In this document: positions 28,717-38,659 of the stretch, in pieces
Layout of the letters: each line of letters begins with the position of its first letter
Position numbering within the stretch: the stretch's first letter is position 1
Source: Candidatus Thorarchaeota archaeon
GTDB lineage: Archaea > Asgardarchaeota > Thorarchaeia > Thorarchaeales > Thorarchaeaceae
DNA length: 64,000 bases
Direction of reading: 5' to 3'
NCBI GenBank assembly: GCA_048884965.1
Contig: JBHLQH010000010.1
Location: 22,718 to 86,717, forward strand
Notes under the pieces: generated by a model
What the model was told of the DNA's origin: nothing
The model's database searches: none
Seen by the model: the letters and a program-made list of their open reading frames with translations, nothing else
Program-made: the position numbers and the translations under genes

Positions 28717-30513
28717 CTATCTTCTTCTGGTAATGGAAAAAATCACGATTGTTCCAATAGAAATCCCTACCACAAGAAGAACAGGTTCTACTGGAAATGC
28801 ATTTGCTGTATCTGTTGGATCAGGACCTTCACCAGAACCGAAGAAGTATTTTGAGTTATATGAGAATAGAACATGACTTCCAATTTCGTATTCATCGACT
28901 AGAAAGGGTCCTGAAGTCACTAGAGTCACATCTCCAGGAAGGGGATTCCATTCATCCCATCCATCATATCCCACTTGTGGCACAAAGATGTGCTTGGGAA
29001 GAATCGGCTTATACGTAATGGCATGAAGATGCCAGATAGATTCTGTGTTAAAATGGAATCGAACTTTGTATGGTGTCATCATCACAGCTTGGGTCATGTT
29101 CCAAAGATCCGGACCATAGGGACCTTTTGTCTCACGATAGTAGTTGATTGAATATGAAACATCATCAGCAGTTAGAGGTGTTCCATCGGACCATGTCACA
29201 TTTTGTCGGATATCAAAGGTAACTTGTGTGTAACCTTCAGGGACGCTTGGATTATCAGCATGACTCTCTACCAGATAGGATTCAGCGAGCCAAGGAATAT
29301 CAATTCCATCAGGACCTGGTTTCAGCAAGCTATCGTACATCATATAGAGCATCCCTTCTAGAGGATACTTTATTGGCATCATCATGAAGTTGAAGGTCTG
29401 TATATCATAGGACATCGTAGTGCGGAGTGTGCCGCCGAAGGGTCCACCAAATGCAGGCAGCAACTGAGTTTTGTAGTAGCTCCACCATCCAGGCACCCCG
29501 ATAGACATATCCTCGACGAACCCTACGAAGCGATCTGTTCGATACGCAGAGAGAATAGTGTTCTCATAGCAGATTATCTCAGGACATTCATATACCCAGA
29601 TCTTCTGCATCTCCTCAGCAGCTTCCCTTACCTCCTCATAGTCAATGGATCTCAATAGTTGGTCACGCCAAGCATCGAATGTTGCGTTATTGAATCGAGC
29701 GAAGTTCCAACCAGGAACTCTTGAGTAATCTCCCCAGTAAGCATAACCCAACCAGTCGACATCCATATTCTGGAAATCTCTTCCCATAAGCACCACATCA
29801 TAGTTACCGTGCCAGTAGAGTCGATTGAGATACTCATAGTAATCAGAGGGCACACTCACGGCATCTATACCTATACATTTCAGAGCATCAACAGCATAGG
29901 TTCCAATCTGAGTTGCGGTGGGTATTACATGAGATATTTCAATAAACAGATTGAATGCAGATCCATCAGGAGCCTCTCGCCAACCATCCTCATCGATATC
30001 AATGAAACCTGCGTCATCTAGTAGCTTCGCGGCCATCGTATAATTTGCATCATAGTAGTCATACGGTAATGTCCCTTCTATAGAATAGGGATTCATCCTT
30101 GGTACACAGCTATCAAGAGGGTCTGCCATTCCGTTCCATAAGACATCAGCTATCGCACTTTTGTTGAGCGCGAATGCGAACGCTCTTCTGAAGGCAGTGA
30201 TACTCAGTGGATATTTGTCTGTGTTGATAGAAAGATATGCATAGCCATTCCTAGGGGTTCTTACCGTAGCTATGGAATCTACATCTTCAAGCTCAGGTAG
30301 GTACATTGGGTCCAGCGTAGCTCCTAGAATATCTACTTCATCATCAAGAAGTGCTTCAACCTGAATGTCGTTATCATCAAGCAATCGTGCGTGGACTTTG
30401 TCAATCCAAGGACCGGTATACGAATGGTTGACTGATGAAACACTCATAGGCAATGTGCTCAATACCATACTTGTCATGATGAAGATGACGAAATATCTTG
30501 TTCCTCGTACCAT
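28717..30513 (-). CDS. ABC-type peptide/nickel solute-binding protein (family 5), permuted and membrane-anchored
   Basis: FRRAFAFALNK, AAKLLDDAGF.D.D.DGWRE, GGTL, PWLAESY, TWSDGTPLTADDV and SGPF; TM followed by RRR. Confidence 0.88.
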   Translation of the reverse strand: MVRGTRYFVIFIMTSMVLSTLPMSVSSVNHSYTGPWIDKVHARLLDDNDIQVEALLDDEVDILGATLDPMYLPELEDVDSIATVRTPRNGYAYLSINTDKYPLSITAFRRAFAFALNKSAIADVLWNGMADPLDSCVPRMNPYSIEGTLPYDYYDANYTMAAKLLDDAGFIDIDEDGWREAPDGSAFNLFIEISHVIPTATQIGTYAVDALKCIGIDAVSVPSDYYEYLNRLYWHGNYDVVLMGRDFQNMDVDWLGYAYWGDYSRVPGWNFARFNNATFDAWRDQLLRSIDYEEVREAAEEMQKIWVYECPEIICYENTILSAYRTDRFVGFVEDMSIGVPGWWSYYKTQLLPAFGGPFGGTLRTTMSYDIQTFNFMMMPIKYPLEGMLYMMYDSLLKPGPDGIDIPWLAESYLVESHADNPSVPEGYTQVTFDIRQNVTWSDGTPLTADDVSYSINYYRETKGPYGPDLWNMTQAVMMTPYKVRFHFNTESIWHLHAITYKPILPKHIFVPQVGYDGWDEWNPLPGDVTLVTSGPFLVDEYEIGSHVLFSYNSKYFFGSGEGPDPTDTANAFPVEPVLLVVGISIGTIVIFSITRRR

Positions 30514-30701
30514 GCAAGAACCCCCTAACTCCCACTAGTTGAATAGGAATATCAAAAGCGTTCTTGTGTCTTTTGATACAAATACACTCCTACAAAGAAG
30601 ATCCGAAAGACCAAGAGCAAACTCCTTCGTTTTTCTTGGTGAACTGCAATTAAGAAGTGAAAGGTAATATGAGATGAGAGAATCAATCAAAAAGGATACT
30701 A

Positions 30702-31574
30702 TCAGGATTCGATCCTTCCAAGCTCGCTTTCTGGATCAATATGCACGGTCATTATGATATGCGGAGACACTTCTCTAAGTTGCACTTCAAGAGCATCAAT
30801 GATATCATGTGCATTACGTACACTCAACGAGTCCTTTACAGTGATGTGCACATCAGCAAGTACAAGATTGCCTTGTCTACGAGTCTTTAGGTCATGAAAT
30901 TCTATGAAACTAGATTTCAGAGTTTCTAGGACCTCACGAATTATCCTCTCCTCAACCTCGCAGGATTGATCCATAAGATGCCGGGCGGAGCGAATCATGA
31001 GCCCAATGCCCATGCGTGCAATTAAGGCAGCGATAACAAAGGCTACTAGAGAATCCATGATAGTCCAACCTGTCAATTGGACAATCACCAATCCGATCCA
31101 AACGCCAAGTGAGGATATCACATCAGAGAGAAGGTGCTTTGCATCGCCATCAAGAGCCATGGAGTTGCTGCTTTTCGCGATGCGCATCAAAAGGATTGAG
31201 ATACACCCATTGATCGCAGTGGCGATGATTGAAATCACGATCCCAAAGTTGAGGTCCAAAAGCAAAACCGGCTCTAAGATACGACTAGATGCAGCACCTA
31301 CAATCAGCAATGCCGCGGCTAGAATAAAAATGCCTTCTAATGCGCTTGATATATCCTCTATCTTTTGATGTCCATAGTTATGCGTGTCATCAGCAGGTCG
31401 CTCAGAGATATAGACTGATGAAATCATGATTAACGACGCAATGATGTTGACAATAGATTCCAGAGCATCAGATAGCAATGCAACTGAATTGGAAATCAGA
31501 TACGCCGCTATCTTGATACAGAAGACAGCAAGTCCACCAATAATCGCGATTGTTGCAGCTTGCTTTTTATTCAT
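30702..31574 (-). CDS. Cation diffusion facilitator (FieF-like) transporter
   Basis: SVALLSDALES, PADDTHNYGHQKIE, DAKHLLSD and C-terminal AHDI..VHIDP. Confidence 0.93.
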   Translation of the reverse strand: MNKKQAATIAIIGGLAVFCIKIAAYLISNSVALLSDALESIVNIIASLIMISSVYISERPADDTHNYGHQKIEDISSALEGIFILAAALLIVGAASSRILEPVLLLDLNFGIVISIIATAINGCISILLMRIAKSSNSMALDGDAKHLLSDVISSLGVWIGLVIVQLTGWTIMDSLVAFVIAALIARMGIGLMIRSARHLMDQSCEVEERIIREVLETLKSSFIEFHDLKTRRQGNLVLADVHITVKDSLSVRNAHDIIDALEVQLREVSPHIIMTVHIDPESELGRIES

Positions 31575-31636
31575 GAGCCAATCAAACGAGAGCCTGAATT
31601 ATTGTCTTTTAGACGTTGTCCTAGTGTCACTGTTTC

Positions 31637-32635
31637 CTATCTCATCTTATCGCCATGGAACATGTCAGGTTCGTATGTACGAGGCCACTCAGGCGAATTC
31701 TCTAGAATTGCCTCTATCTCGTCAAGTGTAGACTTTGATAAATCGACATCAGAAGCTTTCACGTTCTCAGTCACGTGCTCGGGTTTCGTCGCACCGATTA
31801 GAACAGCAGAAATCTCAGATCTGCGAAGAATCCATGCCAACGCAAGCTGCGTCATAGTGATGTCCATTGAATCAGCAATTTCAGTTATCTTCATGATCTT
31901 CTGTCTGACATCCTCAGTGAGATACTTCAAGAATCCCTCACTGCGACTCCCGCGACTTCCTTCGGGGATGCCATCATTGTACTTCCCAGTAAGGATTCCT
32001 TGATAGAGTGGACTCCATACAGTGAAACCCATTCCATGGCTTTTGGCTACTGGCATTATCTCGAGCTCGATGTATCTGAACAGCATATTGTACATCGGTT
32101 GCTCTACAATTGGTCTTTGAAGATCATGCTCTTTTGCAATCGCATTGACACGCTCAAGCTGAGCTGCTGTCCACACAGATGTTCCCCAATACCGAATCTT
32201 TCCTGAATGGACCAAATCGTCCATGGTTTCAACAGTTTCCCGTAAAGGTGTCGTTGAATCAAATCGGTGAAGATAGTAGAGATCTAGATGATCAGTGCCT
32301 AGTCGTTCAAGGGTTCCTTCAATGGCATTCATTACATTCTTTCTGCCATTTCCCCAATCAGTAATCGCATCACTCGTAGGCCAGAACACCTTGCTTGAAA
32401 TCACGATATTCTTTCGGTCTATGGTCTCTTCACGAAGCCATTCTCCAATGACCCTCTCAGCGCCACCCATTGCATATATTTCCGCTGAGTCAATGAAGTT
32501 GATTCCTTCCTCTAAAGCAGCGTTCATGCACTGTTTTGCTATCGCATTATCCACCGTTCCACCATAGGTCAACCATGACCCAAGTGAAATTTCAGATATC
32601 TTTAATCCACTTTTTCCGACTCGTCTATATCTCAT
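31637..32635 (-). CDS. Aldo/keto reductase (Kv-beta-like subgroup)
   Basis: MRYRRVGKSGLKISEISLGSW, DSAEIY, SSKVFW, DLYYLHRFD and VWSPL; catalytic D/Y/K/H present. Confidence 0.93.
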   Translation of the reverse strand: MRYRRVGKSGLKISEISLGSWLTYGGTVDNAIAKQCMNAALEEGINFIDSAEIYAMGGAERVIGEWLREETIDRKNIVISSKVFWPTSDAITDWGNGRKNVMNAIEGTLERLGTDHLDLYYLHRFDSTTPLRETVETMDDLVHSGKIRYWGTSVWTAAQLERVNAIAKEHDLQRPIVEQPMYNMLFRYIELEIMPVAKSHGMGFTVWSPLYQGILTGKYNDGIPEGSRGSRSEGFLKYLTEDVRQKIMKITEIADSMDITMTQLALAWILRRSEISAVLIGATKPEHVTENVKASDVDLSKSTLDEIEAILENSPEWPRTYEPDMFHGDKMR

Positions 32636-32702
32636 GATATCTCCCTGTACATTGGCATCACTTAACAATATATAACTTCTAAGATGTGGTCAGAAAGGAA
32701 TA

Positions 32703-34982
32703 TCAAATCACATTTTCGATTGAAGGAAGAATCATAGAGATCATGACTTGTATCAAATCTACGTCTGTTTGAATTTGACTTGTCAAGAGTGAGCCTTTGA
32801 TTTGCTGGACAATAAGTCGAGCTACCTGGAAACCAAGGGTGGCCTCGATATAACCGATAGGGCTTGGACCAATCTTCTTACTGAACTCATCAGAATCTAC
32901 CATTGAGAACGGTATCTCAATTGAAACATTCCAATATGGGGTTCCTCGATTCATCTCAGAATCTATGGAGAGGGCCAGTTCTCGTCGATACGATGGGATC
33001 TCGAGGGCAACATACAAGAGATTGAGTACTGCTCCAAAGAGGAGCTCATTGGCCATGACAAAAGATCTATTCTCCGAGGGCCTAAAACGAATAAGGGTGT
33101 CTGGTCTTCGGGCACTATGCGTCACAATGTCAAGGGCACTAACTACGGTAGCAATGAGATTAGTTGGTTGTACTGGACGTTCAGCCCAGTTGTCGCTCTC
33201 ATTCATTAGGCGAACATTCTCGATGAGTTGCTCAGTAAGAGAAACTGCGGTTCGTGCATCAGATAACAAACGTTCTTGGTCCATAGAAGTGTGATCTTTT
33301 GAAGAAAGAAGCTCGAGTGTTGTAAGGGTCATCTGGTTGTAGTTGGTGATGTCATGCATGAGAAGATCAGCATAAAGCCTAGCTCGCATATGAGATACTC
33401 CTACATCACGAGCTGCACTGATGTATAGAGCCACTAAAATAGAAGGACCAACCAAGAGACTACCGAAGAGGAAAATCTCAGAAACCCACCAGCCTGGAGT
33501 AAAGTAATCGTAGAAACTTTTCAATGTGATAGGAACAATCCAAGAGGCGAGGAAACCAACGACATACATCTCAAAGGAGGGCTTGCCTTTACTCAAATTG
33601 GCAAGGAGAAGCAGAAGATATGCATAACCGATGAATACAAAGTAATTGCAGACCAACAACAATCCATTTCCTAGGAGTCCAGATTGCAATATAGGGTAAA
33701 TCCTGATAATCAACTGATTTGTGACTTCTCCAATATAAACAGCAGAAGCATAGAATATCGAATAGATGAATAGATTGAGAAATGAGAAGAAACTAGATTC
33801 CTCATTGTTCTGACCTCGAAGGCTTTTCTGAACCTTATAGAGAAGCTGTAGCGTTAAAACCCCACCAATAAGATATGGCACGGTTGGTTCACCAGCCACT
33901 ATTGTGCCAAATACAAAGAGAGAGAATGTCGATGCCAAAGTGACAGCTGACCATACTACAAAAACAAGAACCAAATAGAAATGAATCAATGAAGGTTTCA
34001 ATCTCGAGTAAGCGAAGAGCAAGATAGCCATTATCGCTGATAGAATGCTAGCTCCAAAGTGAATTATCGAGTATGCAAGGAAATTCCCTACTTCGAAAGG
34101 ATCTGTCAGACCAACTGATTCTATAATTGTCGTTATCAATAGTGGTAGATACGCAGTCAAAGCTAAAGAGATGATAATAAGATAGCGCGTAAGTCTGGTG
34201 TAGGAATGTTTCCGAAGGTATGGCATGCCAAAGGTGATGCCATAGAGAAAGAGAGCAGCTATCAGAAGATTCTCCGCGAAAATCCAAGAATCAGAGTTGG
34301 TCAGGAAAGCATTGATAGTTATTGCAGAAGCAATCGATATGAGGATAGATGCTCCGGTTAAATATCCTCGATCCAAGGAAAAATGATCACATCTCTTCCA
34401 GCATATAATTGGCTGAAGAAGAAAACTCCCACAGATTATGGCAGCTAATGTTACTGGCAATACTCCATCAACAGATACAACAAGTAGAGGCTCAATGAAG
34501 AAGTAGGCAAGACCATAGAGTGATACTGGAACTGAAAGCAGGATCGAGAGGAACATCCAGGATTGCTTTCTTGTTGCAATCTCAAAACCCCTATTGCCTG
34601 ATAGAAATCCTAGCAATAGAAAAATACCTGTCAAGCATAGCTCGATCAAAGTCACGAAATGATCTTTTGGACCAACAGCCATCACCTCTTGAGACAAAAT
34701 TAGGAATGCCAATGCGTGGTCTATCTTTGAGAACACATAGAATAGAAAAGCAACTAAAAAGAAGCATCTCGATATGGATTTCCTATCTTGGGTGTTGATG
34801 AGCAGTACTACAGCAGAAATAGATGCCCAATAGGCAAGAATAGAGTGAACAGCTAGACGTGTCCGATAGGAGAGGGAAACAATTCCTGCTCCACTGAGGG
34901 CAAAATAGGTGGATATTATTGCTAGTGGTACGAGGAGGAGAACCTTGAAGATATCTCTTCTATTACCCACTAACATCTTCAA
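32703..34982 (-). CDS. Large polytopic sensor histidine-kinase-like protein with degenerate HATPase domain
   Basis: About 14 TM helices and a canonical archaeal-type H-box RARLYADLLMHDITNYNQ; no DxGxG or GxGLG boxes. Confidence 0.75.
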   Translation of the reverse strand: MKMLVGNRRDIFKVLLLVPLAIISTYFALSGAGIVSLSYRTRLAVHSILAYWASISAVVLLINTQDRKSISRCFFLVAFLFYVFSKIDHALAFLILSQEVMAVGPKDHFVTLIELCLTGIFLLLGFLSGNRGFEIATRKQSWMFLSILLSVPVSLYGLAYFFIEPLLVVSVDGVLPVTLAAIICGSFLLQPIICWKRCDHFSLDRGYLTGASILISIASAITINAFLTNSDSWIFAENLLIAALFLYGITFGMPYLRKHSYTRLTRYLIIISLALTAYLPLLITTIIESVGLTDPFEVGNFLAYSIIHFGASILSAIMAILLFAYSRLKPSLIHFYLVLVFVVWSAVTLASTFSLFVFGTIVAGEPTVPYLIGGVLTLQLLYKVQKSLRGQNNEESSFFSFLNLFIYSIFYASAVYIGEVTNQLIIRIYPILQSGLLGNGLLLVCNYFVFIGYAYLLLLLANLSKGKPSFEMYVVGFLASWIVPITLKSFYDYFTPGWWVSEIFLFGSLLVGPSILVALYISAARDVGVSHMRARLYADLLMHDITNYNQMTLTTLELLSSKDHTSMDQERLLSDARTAVSLTEQLIENVRLMNESDNWAERPVQPTNLIATVVSALDIVTHSARRPDTLIRFRPSENRSFVMANELLFGAVLNLLYVALEIPSYRRELALSIDSEMNRGTPYWNVSIEIPFSMVDSDEFSKKIGPSPIGYIEATLGFQVARLIVQQIKGSLLTSQIQTDVDLIQVMISMILPSIENVI

Positions 34983-35280
34983 TCCCCTTCATGGAAATGC
35001 AAAATGAGATAAAAGCTAATCTTAGATGGTCAATTGAATGTGCAAATCGCTTCAAAGTAGATTCTTGGAAAATCCTGCAGTTCCATTTTAGCTATCGTAA
35101 CGAACAATACCGCCAATCCATACATCGAAATTCAAATAGCTAGAAGATAAGGAGAATTTTCCTTAGTCCGTCGCTTAGCGAGTCTGTTCGGAATTGATTC
35201 CTAGTTGCATAGCGGAATGGCAGTGCTCGAATATGAAAATGCTTTTGCGTAGTTCAAGTGTTTTATTCACTAACTGAAAG

Positions 35281-35440
35281 AATATTTGACAGATATACTC
35301 AAGAAAAGACCATATTGATAACATTCATTTATTATATTAGGCAATGAATTTAATAATATAATCGATTAAGTAGATTTCTAACCATAAGGTATTATTTGAT
35401 TTCCATTTGTAAACAAGAAATGAATATAAAGAAGGGGAGC
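35281..35440. promoter_or_regulatory. AT-rich divergent promoter region with TATA-like boxes
   Basis: Very AT-rich stretch (TTTATTATATT, TTTAATAATATAAT, ATATAAA) between divergently oriented sensor genes. Confidence 0.45.
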
Positions 35441-35505
35441 ATGCAGATGAGTTGTGCGAATGCTAGACTCAGTGGTACGTTGGGAAAGCATCGAGGAAAG
35501 ATGAT

Positions 35506-36795
35506 ATGGATCCCGACTACACCAGGATATTAGAAGAAATAAAGTCGACTCTAAGAAAGAATCCTAGGGGTATGACAATAATAGATTTGGCAAATTCGCT
35601 TGATATTAACAGAAATACTATGGCCAAATATCTAGATGTTCTTCAGATAGGTGGAAATGTTGATTCATTCAGAATTGGCCCTGCAAAGATCTACACAATA
35701 TCTAATCGAGTTCCGGTTCAAGCTATGCTTAATTTGCATGACGATGGAATCTTGCTGATTGATGGTTCAATGCATATTATATCAGTCAATGAGACCTTTT
35801 GTGAGATAGTAAATCTCAATCGGAGTGACATCATAGGTGAATCTGTTGAAGGGTGGGTCCATTTTTACGAAAATTCGCAGGAGATATTTAATGCCTTTCG
35901 AATAGCAATAGGTGGATTACCTTCAGAGATGAATGTCGATATTGTTTCACATGATAGGAAACGTCATGTATTCTGTAAGTTTGTTCCCACAACATTTGAT
36001 GATGGTTCAAAGGGAGCTACACTAATTGTGAGTGATGAAACTGAGAAATACCTTCGACAAGAGCAGATTGCCAAATCTGAGGAACGGTATCGAATACTCG
36101 TTGAGAATATCCATGATGGTATGTACATACTTCAAAAAGAATCCATTATGTTTTGCAACACCGCTTTGTGTGATATCTTGCAAATGACAAACGAGGAGAT
36201 TATTGGAACCAATATTTGGGAATTCATCCATCCCGAGGATTTAGAATGGACTACTGCAGAGTATTACAAAAGACTTGCTGGTATAGAAGGATCAAACGAA
36301 TTCGTTGTTCGTCTCATTAGGAAAAATGGAGAAGTAATTCTCGTAAGCAGTAGAACAAGTATTATCGATTATAATGGAGATACAGCTATACTGGGTATAA
36401 TCAGAGACATAACTAATCAAACTAATCTGAGAACCCTTCTTATCAAATCGCATGAAATCATGCTTGATATTCTGGATCCTCTTGAAATCCCAATCTATGT
36501 CGTAGATTCCAATACCTATGAAGTGGTTTTTGCTAATCAGAAAGTCATCGAGTTAATGGGGAATGTATTAGGAAAGATGTGCTGGAAAGTATTTCATGAG
36601 AACTCAGAAGGTCCTTGCTCTGCTTGCGTACGCACAAAAGAAGCAAATCTTACACAAGAGGAGAAGTTCAGTGACATTGAAGGTTGCTCGGAGGAATATA
36701 GCACGATGGGCGGAAATAGCTACAGATTTTTCACAAAGCGAATATTGTGGAAGGATTTCAGACTATGCAGAATAACTGTCGGATATGAGAACTGA
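35506..36795 (+). CDS. Winged-HTH plus multi-PAS regulator
   Basis: N-terminal PRGMTIIDLANSLDINRNTMAKYLDVL..G.V..IGPAKIY; PAS domains (IHPED, IIRDIT); third PAS with Cys motif CWKVFH..PCSAC. Confidence 0.85.
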   Translation: MDPDYTRILEEIKSTLRKNPRGMTIIDLANSLDINRNTMAKYLDVLQIGGNVDSFRIGPAKIYTISNRVPVQAMLNLHDDGILLIDGSMHIISVNETFCEIVNLNRSDIIGESVEGWVHFYENSQEIFNAFRIAIGGLPSEMNVDIVSHDRKRHVFCKFVPTTFDDGSKGATLIVSDETEKYLRQEQIAKSEERYRILVENIHDGMYILQKESIMFCNTALCDILQMTNEEIIGTNIWEFIHPEDLEWTTAEYYKRLAGIEGSNEFVVRLIRKNGEVILVSSRTSIIDYNGDTAILGIIRDITNQTNLRTLLIKSHEIMLDILDPLEIPIYVVDSNTYEVVFANQKVIELMGNVLGKMCWKVFHENSEGPCSACVRTKEANLTQEEKFSDIEGCSEEYSTMGGNSYRFFTKRILWKDFRLCRITVGYEN

Positions 36796-36956
36796 TTTTT
36801 TTCGATTTTTCGAGATATACGCACGGCAGTATAGCACGGAGCTTTTGCCATTTGCTTATGCTGAACGTATTCGCTTTGCCACCATTGCCTTATTAGTAAA
36901 ATAACATCACCATAGAGAACAGGAATATGTCTACAGTATTCCTCAAGGTGAACAAT

Positions 36957-37433
36957 ATGGAATACAAACAATTACTCGATGTTTCCAATCTCATTGTCGC
37001 ATCTATAGCGAGATCGATCACCCGAATGGGACTAAGTGGTGATCTCATTATCGCTCAAGTTGCAACAGAGATGGAATCCGATGATATCCAGAAGACAATT
37101 GCTCACTCGGGACTTGAAGTGACGGGGACCGATGTGGATAGTGTGTTGAATTCTTTTAATATGCAGATGACAAAATTGGGAGCCGTTCAGAAAATCGATA
37201 TTCAGAAGACCTCTGATACTGAGGTTATAATTCGCCTCAGTGACTGCGGGCTGATTCCCGCGACACAATTGATTCGAGGGAATAATCCAACGCTAATTCC
37301 ACCATGTGCTTGGATGGCCTTACTATCTTCATCAGTCGAGAAGAATACTGAGAATACCTCCGTTATATCAGCGTGCCAATGGAAAGCTGATTCAAACACA
37401 TGCGAATTCACAGTCTTGATGGAGGCAAAGTAG
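36957..37433 (+). CDS. V4R/Bet3/H-NOX-like small-ligand or Zn-binding protein
   Basis: IIRLSDC..PPC..SAC....TCEFTV Cys pattern of the V4R type; AGGTGA RBS before ATG 36957. Confidence 0.6.
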   Translation: MEYKQLLDVSNLIVASIARSITRMGLSGDLIIAQVATEMESDDIQKTIAHSGLEVTGTDVDSVLNSFNMQMTKLGAVQKIDIQKTSDTEVIIRLSDCGLIPATQLIRGNNPTLIPPCAWMALLSSSVEKNTENTSVISACQWKADSNTCEFTVLMEAK

Positions 37434-37578
37434 TTGTCAACTTCAGACTGCAAATATGCAGGTGAAACAAATCCTCAAGGCCTGATATGGTGCGGCAAGA
37501 AGAACATCTACGTTTCTGGGAAAGAAAAGGAAACGTGTGAATATTACACAAAGGAGTGAACATAAGAAGGTGTCAGAA

Positions 37579-37941
37579 ATGAGTGCTAAAAGCAAGAAAC
37601 TGAAAGATACTCTAAAAGAACTACAATCAAATAGTGACGTTGACGGATGCGCATTGGTTAGCGACAGAGGTCAGGTGATGAGCTCTGCGCTGGCTGCAGA
37701 TGTTGATGAGAAGGCTGTCGGTGCAATGGCGGCTGCTCTAGTATCAATTGGTAGCAGAGTTGGAACTGCATTGGGATCTGGTGCGCCTAAGAGTATAGTC
37801 ATCGAAGGGAATGGATGCACAATTATTCTCAGGAAAATCCGTGATACAGCTCTGATTGGCACAGCACCTGTTGATGCAAAATTAGGGCTGATTGATTTCG
37901 AGATGAGTAAAACAGCCCAGACTATAGAGGAAATTCTATAG
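37579..37941 (+). CDS. Roadblock/LC7 (MglB/LAMTOR-like) protein
   Basis: VDGCALVSDRGQVMSS..VGAMAAAL..SIVIEG..AKLGLI. Confidence 0.92.
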   Translation: MSAKSKKLKDTLKELQSNSDVDGCALVSDRGQVMSSALAADVDEKAVGAMAAALVSIGSRVGTALGSGAPKSIVIEGNGCTIILRKIRDTALIGTAPVDAKLGLIDFEMSKTAQTIEEIL

Positions 37942-37987
37942 TTCATTCCAAACAATCCATAGACATACTTTGAGAGGGACCGTAAAG

Positions 37988-38659
37988 ATGGAAAGACATA
38001 GACTGAAAGCATATGACTACAAGGTCTTCATAACAGGAGCCTTTCAATCCGGAAAATCAACTTTGATACACACTCTCGACCCCGATACAATTTCAGTAGA
38101 ACGAGACATGAAAGAAGAATATCGAGGTGAAAAAGGTAGCACAACAACAGGTTTTGACCTAGGTAGGGTAATTTGGGTTAGAAAGGAGTCACATCACACC
38201 GGCCTTATTATTCCGAAAAAGCAGTTCCAACTTGAAAAAAGTGAGTATGAAAATTGGATTGTCAAAGAGATCGAGCTGCGAGGCGTTCCTGGTCAGCTTC
38301 ATTTCAGATTCATCCGCGATACCATGCGATCAAACACGAATGGAATCCTCACCATCGTTGATTCATCAGATCTGGGAATGATCGGAGATGCAACAGCGAT
38401 TCTTGCTGAGAATGAAATCACCTTTGATGCAACCCCTCAGGTGGTCATTGCAAACAAGCAAGATAGAGAAGACGCTGTAGCTCCCGAAGTCGTTGCAGGA
38501 TGGTTTGGAATAGAAGAAACCTTTGGAGCAATTGGTAAGGACCAAGAATCAGCTCAAGGAGCTTTAATCTCTCTTTTGAAGAAGATTGAAGCTCCTCTGC
38601 ATTCATCTTCAGAAGGTACCTACACCATGAATACAATCATAGGAGATATACTGGAATGA
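37988..38659 (+). CDS. Small Ras-like GTPase, MglA/CvnD type
   Basis: G1 GAFQSGKST, G2 TTTGFDLG, G3-like GVPGQ and G4 ANKQD. Confidence 0.9.
   Translation: MERHRLKAYDYKVFITGAFQSGKSTLIHTLDPDTISVERDMKEEYRGEKGSTTTGFDLGRVIWVRKESHHTGLIIPKKQFQLEKSEYENWIVKEIELRGVPGQLHFRFIRDTMRSNTNGILTIVDSSDLGMIGDATAILAENEITFDATPQVVIANKQDREDAVAPEVVAGWFGIEETFGAIGKDQESAQGALISLLKKIEAPLHSSSEGTYTMNTIIGDILE

Noticed and set aside
35030-35125. 31-codon ORF on the minus strand (MYGLAVLFVTIAKMELQDFPRIYFEAICTFN)
   Set aside because: No clear RBS or recognisable motif, and the length is compatible with chance.
35150-35260. Short palindromes (TCGCTTAGCGA, GGAATTGATTCC) suggesting a tRNA or ncRNA
   Set aside because: No cloverleaf, T-loop or extended pairing could be built.
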